From the IMG/VR virus record IMGVR_UViG_3300042975_000098: a stretch of 64,000 bases of DNA; one strand, 5' to 3'. Under the pieces are notes generated by a model. It ran no database searches. It was not told where the DNA came from and saw only the letters and a program-made list of their open reading frames with translations. Origin of the DNA: a virus. Below, piece by piece: positions 19,046 to 28,773 of this stretch (its first letter is position 1; each line of letters starts with the position of its first letter). The position numbers were made by a program, and so were the translations under genes.

Positions 19046-20953
19046 ATGATGGCCATTACGAAACCGGATTACGAGCGTCTTGAGGACGTCTTCCCGTCGT
19101 TCGACGCGGGCGACGGGCAACGGGGTCTCGATGACATACCCCCGGAGTTCGCGAGTCTTGTCCGGATCATGAGCAGGTCGTTGGATCACGTGAACCGGGT
19201 ACACTCGATCATGGTGAGCGGTTCGCCGCTCACGGGGAAGACGTTTCTGATCCGCTCGTTCGCCGCCGCGCTCGCCGACCTACCGTCCACGTTCGCCACC
19301 CGTCGCGTCCGGACGATCTCGCCGGACGCCAAGGACCAGGACGTCATGGCCATGGCGCGCATCCTCGGCGGGCATGACGCGAAGGACATCGTGTACACCA
19401 CCGATTACCGTGATGCGGTCATGGTCATGGAGGCGAACCGCTCGGTGTCCGTCATTCTCGAGATACAATCCGACCAAGCGCTCGGCTCACCCGCCATGAA
19501 CGATCGCGGCATCATGTCGAGCTTCGATGTCGTGGACCTCGACGGGCTGGATATGACCTGGGGTTCGTTCGTCCATGAACTACAGACCGTGAACCGCACG
19601 CAGTACGAGCCCAAGTACCACATGAGGGTGGACGATCGCGACGTCGCCCGGTTCGCAAGGGCGGCGTGGCGCGCGGGCGTGCTGGATGCCTCGGATGAGG
19701 ATTGGAAGCGCAAGATCCCGCGACGGGGCGACTCCATATCGTTCCCGATCGGCATCGCCGTCGACCTCCTCGAGACGGTGGAGCTCCGCATGACCGAGAC
19801 CGGCCCGGGCGCATCCATGCGCCGTCTGGTCACGGATGCCGCCGATGACACGCTGGCGCTCGGCAGCGACTACTCGGACGTGAACCACATCATGGGACTG
19901 GATCGACTGCTCGCCGAGGGCGGAGAGTTCGAGGCCGATGACGAGGGCGTCGACGATTCCGATGCGGATTCGGAGCCGGTCATCCACCCGTACTCGGACA
20001 TAACCACGCTCCCGGATCGCCTCCATGACCACATCGTGGGGCAGGACGGCATCGTTGACCGGATCAGCGACGCGCTCGCCATCGACGCCGCCGGACTGCG
20101 GACGAAGCCCGGCCCCATCGCCTCGTTCGTCTTCCAGGGACCTTCCGGCGTCGGCAAGACGGAACTCGCACGCGTGCTGGCGGAGGAGGTATTCGCCGCG
20201 CCGGTACAGTTGATCCGGCTGGACATGTCCGAGTATGCGGATGAATCCTCGCTGAGCAAACTCATCGGCTCGGCGCCCGGTCTCGTCCAATCCGAGGACG
20301 GCGGCAGGCTGACGAACGCCATCAAGCAGCACCCGCAGTGCGTGCTGCTGCTCGATGAGGCGGAGAAGGCGCATCACACCGTGTGGAACACGTTCCTGCA
20401 GGTGCTTGACAGCGGAGTGCTGACGGACGCCCGCGGCATGACCGTCGATTTCAGCCATGTCATCGTGATACTGACGACCAACCTCGGCAATAACGAAGCC
20501 CTGCGCCCCAAGGCGGGGTTCGGCTCGCAGGGCGGGGACCATGAGTCGATGACCTCGTTCTTCAAGGAGGCGCTTCGCCGTTACTTCCTCCCCGAGTTCA
20601 TAGGCAGGCTCGACTCGGTGTTCGTGTTCGGCAGGCTCGACCACGAGGAGCTTCGGCGCATCGTCCGCATGCAGCTGGACAGGCTGCGCGGCGCTATCCA
20701 TGATGGCCATCGTTCGCTGACGATAACCATTGATGACGATGACGCCATGATCGACTGGCTTCTCGATCAGGCCGATTCGGACAGGTTCGGCGCGCGCGGC
20801 GTCCAGAACGTGATTCGCAGGCGCGTGGCGCTCCCCGTGTCGCGTTGGATCATATCCCATGAGAGCGACGCGGACGCGCGGGCGGTGACGGTCGCCTACG
20901 AATCCGGCAGTAACGATATTGTCATGACCGACAATGGAATCAAGGGGGCATGA
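19046..20953 (+). CDS. ClpA/ClpB-family AAA+ ATPase (intact D2, degenerate D1)
   Basis: IVGQD, GPSGVGKT, IRLDMSEY, LLDEAEKAH, PEFIGRLD and FGARGV, with a remnant N-terminal Walker A GSPLTGKT. Confidence 0.88.
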   Translation: MMAITKPDYERLEDVFPSFDAGDGQRGLDDIPPEFASLVRIMSRSLDHVNRVHSIMVSGSPLTGKTFLIRSFAAALADLPSTFATRRVRTISPDAKDQDVMAMARILGGHDAKDIVYTTDYRDAVMVMEANRSVSVILEIQSDQALGSPAMNDRGIMSSFDVVDLDGLDMTWGSFVHELQTVNRTQYEPKYHMRVDDRDVARFARAAWRAGVLDASDEDWKRKIPRRGDSISFPIGIAVDLLETVELRMTETGPGASMRRLVTDAADDTLALGSDYSDVNHIMGLDRLLAEGGEFEADDEGVDDSDADSEPVIHPYSDITTLPDRLHDHIVGQDGIVDRISDALAIDAAGLRTKPGPIASFVFQGPSGVGKTELARVLAEEVFAAPVQLIRLDMSEYADESSLSKLIGSAPGLVQSEDGGRLTNAIKQHPQCVLLLDEAEKAHHTVWNTFLQVLDSGVLTDARGMTVDFSHVIVILTTNLGNNEALRPKAGFGSQGGDHESMTSFFKEALRRYFLPEFIGRLDSVFVFGRLDHEELRRIVRMQLDRLRGAIHDGHRSLTITIDDDDAMIDWLLDQADSDRFGARGVQNVIRRRVALPVSRWIISHESDADARAVTVAYESGSNDIVMTDNGIKGA

Positions 20954-22176
20954 TGGCTGACGAATACGGGTTCGACATTCTTAACGATCTCGACGGTTCA
21001 TCCAGCGAGGAGGAACGGCGGGAGGCGAGGCGCGTGCCCGATATCCTCAAGACGCAGCAGTCGGCGGGATCGTCGGCGCCGGCCGCCCCGCCCGCGGCAC
21101 CGGTAGAGACGGCACCGGTCGAAGTGAAACGCCCGGCACCCGCCCCGGCCGTCGTTCCCGACCCGGTGGCGTCATCGACCTCATCGCCCTCGTCTCCGCC
21201 GGCGATCGACGATTCGGATGACCTTGATTTCGATTATGATTCGCTGGCCCCGTCGGCCACGCTTGCGGTGGATGACGGTGGCGCCGGCGCGTCGCCGTCC
21301 GCTGCCGACGATGATGACGATTTCATCTCCACGTTCGAGAACCTCGACATCGGTGATGGCGCGGCGCCGGCTGAGCCGAAGCGTCCGAAGGTGCCCGATC
21401 TCGAATCGCTGGACATGCGCTTGCAGGGCTCCGATGACGTGGATGCCCTGCTCGGCGTGAAGCCGCCGGCCGTTGTCGATAGCAAGCCGGTCGCCGTGAC
21501 CCGTCCGACGCGGACGGTGAAGGTTGCGAAGACCGAGTCTCCCCGCGCCGCCGCCCGGCCCGCGGTCAGCCAGCCCGAGCGGCCCGCGGCGAATCACGTC
21601 GATCGGACGCCCGCGGCTCCTGAGCGGACGCCTGAGCGCGCCGAGACGGCACGCCGCGCCGGTGGAACGCCGCAATCCTCGAAGATGTTCCCATTGGGCG
21701 AGCAGGTGGACCTCTCGCTCATCAGGAAGATCATCGCCATCATCGACGACTACCGTTCACTGACCGATTACCAGGCGGCGATACGCGGGTTCATTGAGGC
21801 GTATGTGGAGACCATCAACGCGAAGGTGGACGTGAACGACGAGGCCGCGCTGGTGAAGGCGATCATAGAGATCGACCCGGCCATGCGAACCGGCGTCCAT
21901 GACCTCATCGAGGCGAAGAACAGGAAGGGCGCCGAGCGCGCGTTCTTCCTCGTAGCACTCAGCGAGTCGCGGCTCCGGTACATCGGTCTCATGCTTCAGC
22001 TTTCCGGGGCCGACATCGATCTCAATAAGATCAGCGGATCGGGGTTCGACGATCTGCGACGAAGCGCCGAGGTTGTCGAGAAGGCGGTCGAGGGCTACGC
22101 CGACAAGAACATGGCGTACATCACCAACATCGACAAGATTCTCCAGGATGCCAAGAAGACGATGGAGACCCGATGA
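20950..22176 (+). CDS. Hypothetical protein (acidic/Pro-rich disordered N-terminus, helical C-terminal domain)
   Basis: 408-aa ORF, ATGA-coupled to neighbours on both sides. Confidence 0.75.
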   Translation: MMADEYGFDILNDLDGSSSEEERREARRVPDILKTQQSAGSSAPAAPPAAPVETAPVEVKRPAPAPAVVPDPVASSTSSPSSPPAIDDSDDLDFDYDSLAPSATLAVDDGGAGASPSAADDDDDFISTFENLDIGDGAAPAEPKRPKVPDLESLDMRLQGSDDVDALLGVKPPAVVDSKPVAVTRPTRTVKVAKTESPRAAARPAVSQPERPAANHVDRTPAAPERTPERAETARRAGGTPQSSKMFPLGEQVDLSLIRKIIAIIDDYRSLTDYQAAIRGFIEAYVETINAKVDVNDEAALVKAIIEIDPAMRTGVHDLIEAKNRKGAERAFFLVALSESRLRYIGLMLQLSGADIDLNKISGSGFDDLRRSAEVVEKAVEGYADKNMAYITNIDKILQDAKKTMETR

Positions 22177-22697
22177 GCGATCTGACGCATGACGACCTCT
22201 CCTTCCTCGACCGGATCGGGCTGGATGACAGGATACAGGCTCGCGCCGGCGCCGACGAGCCGGCAAGGACGCGCCCCGCGTTCCCCCGCCGTACGATGAT
22301 CGCGCTGCTCGTGCTCATGATCGCCATGCTCATCGGAGCCGTGGCCATCATCCAGACGGCGGTTCCGTACGTGCGTCTGGCGTCCACGAAGGAGTTCGCG
22401 ACGGTAGCCGGCTCGTCATCGTCCGCCGGCGACGAACTGGGGCTTGACGATGTGAACGCGGTGAAAACGCTGTACTCCGCGCAGTGGATGATGTACGCCG
22501 GCATCGTCATCGTGTTCCTGCTGATCGCGGCGATCATAGCGGGCGTGTGGTGGCTGCGCTCAAGAAGATGGGATGATGAACATGACGAGAAGGATGCGAT
22601 GGCTGGTGGCGGTGATCGCGTTGCTGGCGACGGCGGCGGCATCATGCGGGCTGACGGTGATGACGATGAGGGTACGCTCGACAGCGACATCGGTTGA
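22173..22697 (+). CDS. Hypothetical membrane protein (2 TM)
   Basis: Two hydrophobic helices. The 3' end overlaps the next ORF by more than 100 bp, so the end is uncertain. Confidence 0.6.
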   Translation: MSDLTHDDLSFLDRIGLDDRIQARAGADEPARTRPAFPRRTMIALLVLMIAMLIGAVAIIQTAVPYVRLASTKEFATVAGSSSSAGDELGLDDVNAVKTLYSAQWMMYAGIVIVFLLIAAIIAGVWWLRSRRWDDEHDEKDAMAGGGDRVAGDGGGIMRADGDDDEGTLDSDIG

Positions 22698-23199
22698 GTC
22701 GATGCCGGCCGATGCCGAATCCTCGGCGTTGGAGTGGACGGGGAAGCGGCTGACGGCATTGTCGAAGGCGTTGCCCTCCGATTTCTTCAGCAACGACTCG
22801 AAGGAGATGTCCCGCCTGAATAAGGGCGATTACGGCTTCGTGCCCAAGACGATACGCGATGCCGTGGTGTTCGACGGGTCTTCACTGGATTCCTCCCGCT
22901 CGATCTCATCGGCGGCGTTGAAGACCTCGGCGTGGTCGGCGCTCATCATGGCCGCGCAGACCTATCAGATCGCCGGCAAGTCCAAGGCCTCGTCATCGAA
23001 CGTCGGCATGGTGTACGTCATCGGCGATCGCGTCTACGTTCCCATGGAGGCGGTGGACGGCATACCGGCCGACCTGGTGATGGTGCTTCGCAGGCAATCC
23101 GGCTCGTGGGCGTTCGACGGCTCAGCCACCGGCGTGCTGATGTCGGCGAAGGTCAGGTACACCGCCGTGGAATCGTTCGGCAAGGAGACCACGAAATGA
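22573..23199 (+). CDS. Hypothetical exported or membrane-anchored protein
   Basis: Basic N-terminus plus hydrophobic stretch (RWLVAVIALLATAAASC, possible lipobox). Confidence 0.65.
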   Translation: MMNMTRRMRWLVAVIALLATAAASCGLTVMTMRVRSTATSVESMPADAESSALEWTGKRLTALSKALPSDFFSNDSKEMSRLNKGDYGFVPKTIRDAVVFDGSSLDSSRSISSAALKTSAWSALIMAAQTYQIAGKSKASSSNVGMVYVIGDRVYVPMEAVDGIPADLVMVLRRQSGSWAFDGSATGVLMSAKVRYTAVESFGKETTK

Positions 23200-24182
23200 G
23201 ACGATGGCTTCATGGGCTGCTGAACGATCACGGCAGGGTACTCGCCATCATGACCGCCGCGCTCATCGTCATCGAGACCGGCGCGGTGTACTACGGTTCG
23301 GCCCAATGGTTCATCCCGCCACTGGTGTACGCGGCCGCCGTCATCGTCATCGCGCTGGGCGGCCGCGCGCGACTCGTGGGCAAGATGGCGTTCTGCGTCA
23401 TCGGCGTGGTGATGCTGGCGGCGTTCTCGGTGATGGCCGGCACGGCCTACTCGTCATCATCCACGATCGGCAGTTCATGGGGGCTGTCGGTGATCGCCGG
23501 GTGGCTGCTCGCGATGGTCCTCCCGTGCTTCCTGATCATCACGCTCGACGCATGGTGGCTGCCCATCGTCGGCGCGTTGCTGGCGTTCGTCATCTCGTAC
23601 GCGCTGATGCCGTTCGGAACCACGGTCGTCATCGTCACGTCGCTGGCTGTACCGGTCGTGCTGTCGATGATAGCAGGTTCGCTCGTCCCCGCGCTGGTCC
23701 GCAGCCGGCATCGACCGCTGGTCCTCGGTTCGGATGCGCTGCCCATTCACGGCAGGGACATGACGCTTGGCCGCCATCGCGGCATGACGGTAATCGAGTC
23801 TGACGGGTACGGTTTCGCGCTCATCCCGATTCGCATGGATCGAGGGTTCGCCGTCGACGAGAAGGGCCGCGTGTCATATCGCGGTCGTAACGCCTACGGT
23901 TTCCTCGACTACTGGGCGCGCCGGTCCGTGCGGCGGGCGAACGCGAACGTTCTCCCCGTCTTCGTCGACATGGATGACGTGAATGAGGCGACGCACCGTC
24001 GCCCCCGTCTCATGTCGGTGGGCGGCCACGCCATCGGCATGGCGTCGCGCGGCGTCACGGAGAAAGGGCTGTCCGGCCTGACGGCCGGCGGTTCCCTCCT
24101 CGTGCGTCTGAGCGATCGCGAGCGCCGCCGACTTGGTTTTGCGATATTGCATGACGACTTGAGAAAGGGAAACCATGTCTGA
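23196..24182 (+). CDS. Hypothetical polytopic membrane protein
   Basis: ATG 23196 is coupled to the upstream stop; about 6 TM helices followed by a soluble domain. Confidence 0.7.
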   Translation: MRRWLHGLLNDHGRVLAIMTAALIVIETGAVYYGSAQWFIPPLVYAAAVIVIALGGRARLVGKMAFCVIGVVMLAAFSVMAGTAYSSSSTIGSSWGLSVIAGWLLAMVLPCFLIITLDAWWLPIVGALLAFVISYALMPFGTTVVIVTSLAVPVVLSMIAGSLVPALVRSRHRPLVLGSDALPIHGRDMTLGRHRGMTVIESDGYGFALIPIRMDRGFAVDEKGRVSYRGRNAYGFLDYWARRSVRRANANVLPVFVDMDDVNEATHRRPRLMSVGGHAIGMASRGVTEKGLSGLTAGGSLLVRLSDRERRRLGFAILHDDLRKGNHV

Positions 24183-25075
24183 CTATCTTGATAAGTATAT
24201 GGATGCCGAGGCCGAGGTCGCCGAGCAGGCCGCCGCTAAGCGGCAGAAGCTTCGAGAGCAGGGCAAGGAGCCGAAGCCGGTCATCGCCCTGGATGATAAC
24301 GTCATGTCGAAGGCTGCTGCCGTCGAGGTCACCGATTCCATCCGCGCGTCCGCCACGGCGACGTACATTCTCGTGAAGCGAGCGCATGACTATCAGGCGT
24401 GGAAGGCCATGGGCTACCCGTCATGGACCGATTACGTGGTCCATGAGTTCGACATGACCGCATCGCGCAGTTATCAGCTTATCAATCAGGCGAACGTCAT
24501 CTCGGAGATCGAGAAGGTCGTGCCGGAGGGCTCGAAGATCACGCTCACCGAGAAGCAGGCTCGTGACATCAAGAACGAGCTTCCCCGGATAACGGAGAAG
24601 ATAGCCGCCACCGATGTCGATTCGGATAATGCGAACGATGTCGTGAACGATGTCGTGAATGACGCCCGCGAGCAGAAGCGCAAGAAGTCGGAGCCGAAGG
24701 ATAAGGACCCCTCTTGCCGATTTCGGCCCGGTGGACGAGAACCCCGCTTCCAAGCTCGACAAGAAGAGCAAGGCCGACGCTCCCGACCGTCTGTCGGCGT
24801 CCGGGAGCGGTTCCACGGCCGATGACCCGGTGGATCTCGACGCCCCCATCGGTGCCGGCACTGGAGTCGATGCCGATTTCACGGAACCCGCCATCGACGA
24901 TTCGGATAACGACGTCGTGGCGCTGCAGTTCGTGTTCAGTTCGGTGAGCACGCTCGGCAACCCGTATGACGTGGCGAAGAAGTTCTCCGGCGATAAGAAG
25001 GCGTTGATGAAGAACGTTCGCACCACCATCGATTGGCTGGAGAAGTTCCAGAAGTCCATCGGGGACGCGAAGTAA
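24175..25075 (+). CDS. Putative HTH-type DNA-binding protein of mobile elements; +1 frameshift at 24708-24711
   Basis: AWKAMGYPSWTDYVVHEFDMTASRSYQLI motif. ORFs 24175-24825 and 24659-25075 join as KDKD-PLADF if one C of CCCC is removed. Confidence 0.65.
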
Positions 25076-25082
25076 CGATATT
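25076..25082 (+). promoter_or_regulatory. (C/T)GATATT putative promoter motif, class 2 (representative; GATATT also starts at 2541, 5955, 6270, 6870, 11531, 14102, 20915, 24143, 26584, 28733, 43497, 45046, 49883, 53289, 63960)
   Basis: 16 copies at gene boundaries; seven have an in-frame start codon exactly 8 nt downstream. Confidence 0.75.
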
Positions 25083-25090
25083 CGTCTGAC

Positions 25091-26539
25091 ATGCCGCTAT
25101 CACGTAGGAAACATGTCGATCCCATGGATGATCTGGGGCTCCCCGCCCCGAGCATTCCGGCTCCGGACTCGCTGACGGCCAAGTCGGTGCCGTTGGCTCC
25201 TCCCTCCATGCCCGACGAGTCCCTACCGCTTCCCGATGACGATTCGCTGGACATCGACGATTCGGATGATGACGACCTCATTCTCGACGAGTCCGATGCG
25301 GCGGCTGATGACGACGAGTCATCCGGGATAATGCCTCCCGACGAGATGCTGGCGGCGGCCGCGACCGATGACGTCGGCCGCGACAGGGACGTCGCCGCTC
25401 TACGGGCGGCCGCGGCCGCCGCCGAGAGCAAACGGCAGCAGGTGAAGGCTACGATGGCGGCGAACACTGCGGCCGACACCAGCGAGGCGCGGAACTCCAG
25501 AACCACCACGCTTGATAAGCCCGCCGACGGCAAGAAGGACAACATGCGCAAGGCGCGCATCGTCCAGCGCACGGTGATCTCGCTGATGGTGGTCATCATC
25601 ATCATCGGCCTGCTGAACGCGTTCATGCCCCGCAAGACGCTGACGATGGCCGACGTCGAGAACGTGGTGGCCACGCAGACGGGCAACAACGGCTACCCGT
25701 TGGATGGCGCCGCCGGCATCGCGCAGCAGTTCGTCCAGGCGTACATCCTGTATAACGGCACCGGTTCCGCGGCGAAGATGCTGAACGTGTTCTATAACGG
25801 CATGTCATCGCAGCAATCGGCCGTCGACTCTCCGGTCAACTCGGAGATCATCACCCTGAACGGCAACATCGCGCAGCGCATCGAGTACGGTCCCATCGTG
25901 TACGGCAGGCAGTCGTTGGCATCGAACGTAGGCGATTTCACGGTGGGCACGCTCGTGTACCAGATCGACACGTCGAACGGCCGCCCGATTCTCGACGCGA
26001 ACGGGAAAATCAAGTACAAGTGGCTGTTCTTCGACGTCGGAGTCTACTACGACAAGAAGTCGAACACGTTCGCCATCTCCAAGGACTCGCCGAACCTCAC
26101 GTCGGAATCGCGAACCTCGCAGCAGAACAGCATCCCCGACCCCGCGCTTCCCGGCGACAAGCAGGAGAACAAGAACATGGTCACCACGGCCATGACGCAG
26201 ACGCTCTCCGATTACATGGACGCATGGGCCGAGGGCAAGCAGTCGACTCTCTCCAACCTGACGACGAACAACCACACGCCGCAGGCCATACAGGGGCTCA
26301 ACGGCATGGTGACGCGCGACGGCGATCTCATCTACACGATATACGGTCCCACGAAGAAGGCTGGCGACCATTATTACAGGGCCCTCGTCACGGTCAACTG
26401 GAAGGACTCGATCGACGACCAGAAGACGATATCGTATAAGAGCCAGTACGTGCTGTACGTGGACAAGACCACATCCGGCAAGTACCTCGTCTACGACATC
26501 CAGCCATACAAGTACTACGTCGATAACGCCCTTGACTGA
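25091..26539 (+). CDS. TcpC/VirB8-like conjugal transfer protein
   Basis: Single TM followed by two NTF2-like halves (AQQFVQAYI..., LSDYMDAWAEG..., VTVNWKD...SQYVLYV...GKYLVYDI). Confidence 0.75.
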   Translation: MPLSRRKHVDPMDDLGLPAPSIPAPDSLTAKSVPLAPPSMPDESLPLPDDDSLDIDDSDDDDLILDESDAAADDDESSGIMPPDEMLAAAATDDVGRDRDVAALRAAAAAAESKRQQVKATMAANTAADTSEARNSRTTTLDKPADGKKDNMRKARIVQRTVISLMVVIIIIGLLNAFMPRKTLTMADVENVVATQTGNNGYPLDGAAGIAQQFVQAYILYNGTGSAAKMLNVFYNGMSSQQSAVDSPVNSEIITLNGNIAQRIEYGPIVYGRQSLASNVGDFTVGTLVYQIDTSNGRPILDANGKIKYKWLFFDVGVYYDKKSNTFAISKDSPNLTSESRTSQQNSIPDPALPGDKQENKNMVTTAMTQTLSDYMDAWAEGKQSTLSNLTTNNHTPQAIQGLNGMVTRDGDLIYTIYGPTKKAGDHYYRALVTVNWKDSIDDQKTISYKSQYVLYVDKTTSGKYLVYDIQPYKYYVDNALD

Positions 26540-26641
26540 GCCGGGCATCACGCATCGGTGCCGGAAACAGTTAGATGAACGTCGATATTACCATGTCGTT
26601 GTCTTAACGGCGACGGGTGGATTCTAACGGAAGGCAGAGAA

Positions 26642-26962
26642 ATGTTCACATTCGATGTGCTCAATAACGGGCTTACTCTGATCATGGCCAGTGGTCTGAG
26701 CGGATTGGCGACCTCGCTGATCAAGAACTGGATCGGACCGGTGTTCCTGGTCATCGTCGCGGTCACCGCGTTCGGCTTCATCAGAAGCCAGGCGTGGACG
26801 AAGCTGATCGCGTTCGTCGGCATCGCCGCGCTCGTCGGCGCGCTGATCTTCTTCGGCAGCGACCTGTTCGGTCAGGACGGCGTGATCTCCGGAATGTTCA
26901 CGAACGCCGGCAAGGCCGTGGGCGGCGCCAACAACAACACCGGCGCGTTCAGCGGTCAATGA
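26642..26962 (+). CDS. Small 2-TM protein, VirB2/TrbC pilin-like
   Basis: 106 aa with two hydrophobic helices and a basic linker (FIRSQAWTKL), directly after the tcpC-like gene. Confidence 0.6.
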   Translation: MFTFDVLNNGLTLIMASGLSGLATSLIKNWIGPVFLVIVAVTAFGFIRSQAWTKLIAFVGIAALVGALIFFGSDLFGQDGVISGMFTNAGKAVGGANNNTGAFSGQ

Positions 26963-27375
26963 TGCCGAAGCAATCGGAGAACAAGGACCTCGATTACATC
27001 GCGAAGCTGGCGGCCGGCATGAACGGGCACACCAGAACCGTGACCGAGGCCGAACAGGAGCTGGCGGCCCGTCAGCTTGAAGCGGTGACGTCAAACACCG
27101 ACGAGAACGATGATGACGTCGCCGCCGCCGAGGATGCTGAACCGACGTACACGAACGCCGTCGACGATCCGATGGCGGTGTTCGGCATCGGCGAGCAGCT
27201 TCTCGGCATCGATGATGACGCATCCATCAGTCTCCTCGATCTCATGAAGCGCATCGCCAAGGTCTACAAGGCCGAGGGCGATGGCGGGTCGGTACGCATC
27301 ATGGCCACGGGCGACGGGTCCGTGAAGAACGTGGATTACGACGTCGCCAGCCACACGCTGACGTTCATCGTCTAA
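26959..27375 (+). CDS. Hypothetical acidic protein
   Basis: ATG 26959 is coupled to the stop of the pilin-like gene. Confidence 0.7.
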   Translation: MMPKQSENKDLDYIAKLAAGMNGHTRTVTEAEQELAARQLEAVTSNTDENDDDVAAAEDAEPTYTNAVDDPMAVFGIGEQLLGIDDDASISLLDLMKRIAKVYKAEGDGGSVRIMATGDGSVKNVDYDVASHTLTFIV

Positions 27376-27385
27376 GGAGGCGGGC

Positions 27386-27520
27386 ATGTTCGATCGCAGA
27401 TACGTGGTCCGAGAGCAGCACGGGCATTCCGCTCTGCTATGGCTCATGTGCGGCTGGTGCGTGCTGTACATCCCGGTTCTCTACTACATCGTATCGCCCC
27501 ACCACTACTTTCACTTGTAG
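27386..27520 (+). CDS. Small membrane protein, 44 aa (not in the ORF track)
   Basis: TAAGGAGG SD then MFDRRYVVREQHGHSALLWLMCGWCVLYIPVLYYIVSPHHYFHL*, followed by a hairpin. Confidence 0.75.
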   Translation: MFDRRYVVREQHGHSALLWLMCGWCVLYIPVLYYIVSPHHYFHL

Positions 27521-27535
27521 CATCCGCCGGGCGGC

Positions 27536-27580
27536 ATGACTTCGAGGCGCATGGGTTCGCTCATGCGCCTCGACCGTCAT
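27536..27580 (+). terminator. Stem-loop, probable terminator
   Basis: TCGAGGCGCATG...CATGCGCCTCGA, a perfect 12-bp inverted repeat after the small ORF. Confidence 0.6.
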
Positions 27581-27619
27581 CGGCGGCGTTAGATGACGAA
27601 TGACAACGAGGGAGAGCGT

Positions 27620-28717
27620 ATGGCACGGTATGGGTTGATGAGAACAGGCGAGCACGCCGGCGAGTACACGTTGTGCCACGCACGGGACATGGCCTCGTGC
27701 CCGTATCATTCCGAGCACGTCGACATGACCGCGGCCGAGGCGATGACCGTCAACGAACCCGTCATCGAACGCCGGCAGCAGCACGCCATGCCGCGAGCCA
27801 TGATGACGCCGCGCCGTTTCGAGCGCGCTCGTCGCATGGCCGGCGCGGTGCTGGCCATCACCGCGCTCACGACTACGCTCGCGGCCTGCGGGAATACGTC
27901 GGAGTCGCCGGCGAACGTTGACGATGGCACGCCCGGAACCGCGGAATCTTACGCGCGGTTGAAATCGGCCGCCAAGGGTGGCGTCGACAGGATGCGGAGC
28001 AGCCGTGCCGCCTCCCGTCTGCGTGACAAGCTGACGTCATCGGATACGAAGGCGCAGGTGGAATCAATGCTGGGGTCGTTGAAATCGGGGTCGCGCGATG
28101 CCGGCGAGTCCGATCAGTCGCAATCATCAACGTCTTCCGGGGGCGCGTCGGCGTTCGGCAGCGTGTCGGCGGCGCAGGGTCTTGCCGATCTCAACGCGCT
28201 TCGCGTCGCGGGTCCGTCAGCAGTCGGTTATGACCGGTCGGAGTGGAGACAATGGGACGTCTACGGTTCGAGATCGTGCTGGTCGGTTCGTGAGCAGACG
28301 ATAGCGACGCAGGCCACCGGCGTCAGGCTCGCCGATGATGGGTGCTCCATCGAGGCGGCATCGCTGACAAGCCCGTACACGGGTTCGTCCGAGTCGTTCG
28401 GGACGAGCAGGGATGTGTCCTCGCGTATCCAGATCGATCATGTGGTGCCTTTGAAGTACGCCGCGGAGCATGGGGCGCAGTCATGGTCCGCGGCCGATAA
28501 GGAACGGTACGCGAACGACACCACGCCAGGTCATCTCATCGCCGTCGATAGCCATTCCAATGAGGCGAAGGGCGATTCCGGTCCTTCCGAGTGGATGCCA
28601 TCGGCGAACCAGTGCGCCTACGTGGAGGATTTCGTCGGCGTGCTTCGCAAATGGAGCATATCCATAAGCCCCGCCGACGCGACGTTCGCTCAGCGGCAGC
28701 TTGCCTCTTGTCGTTGA
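27620..28717 (+). CDS. HNH (DUF1524-like) nuclease lipoprotein with N-terminal C-C-H-H motif
   Basis: GYDRSEW, QIDHVVPL, YAND, LIAVDSHSNEAKGDSGPSEWMP and internal lipobox LAAC. Start follows a GGGAG SD. Confidence 0.85.
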   Translation: MARYGLMRTGEHAGEYTLCHARDMASCPYHSEHVDMTAAEAMTVNEPVIERRQQHAMPRAMMTPRRFERARRMAGAVLAITALTTTLAACGNTSESPANVDDGTPGTAESYARLKSAAKGGVDRMRSSRAASRLRDKLTSSDTKAQVESMLGSLKSGSRDAGESDQSQSSTSSGGASAFGSVSAAQGLADLNALRVAGPSAVGYDRSEWRQWDVYGSRSCWSVREQTIATQATGVRLADDGCSIEAASLTSPYTGSSESFGTSRDVSSRIQIDHVVPLKYAAEHGAQSWSAADKERYANDTTPGHLIAVDSHSNEAKGDSGPSEWMPSANQCAYVEDFVGVLRKWSISISPADATFAQRQLASCR

Positions 28718-28773
28718 AATACCGCCGTTGGCGATATTCCGTCGCAGGATGAAATTGACGGAATGGAGCTGGA

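Noticed and set aside
22573-22697. Long overlap between two membrane genes as a fifth frameshift
   Set aside because: Removing a G near 22570 would fuse them, but both ORFs are plausible separately and I have no homolog to decide.
24634-24663. Short tandem repeat AACGATGTCGTG (about 2.5 copies), and KDKDG repeats near 8045-8100
   Set aside because: In-frame coding micro-duplications, not iterons or arrays.
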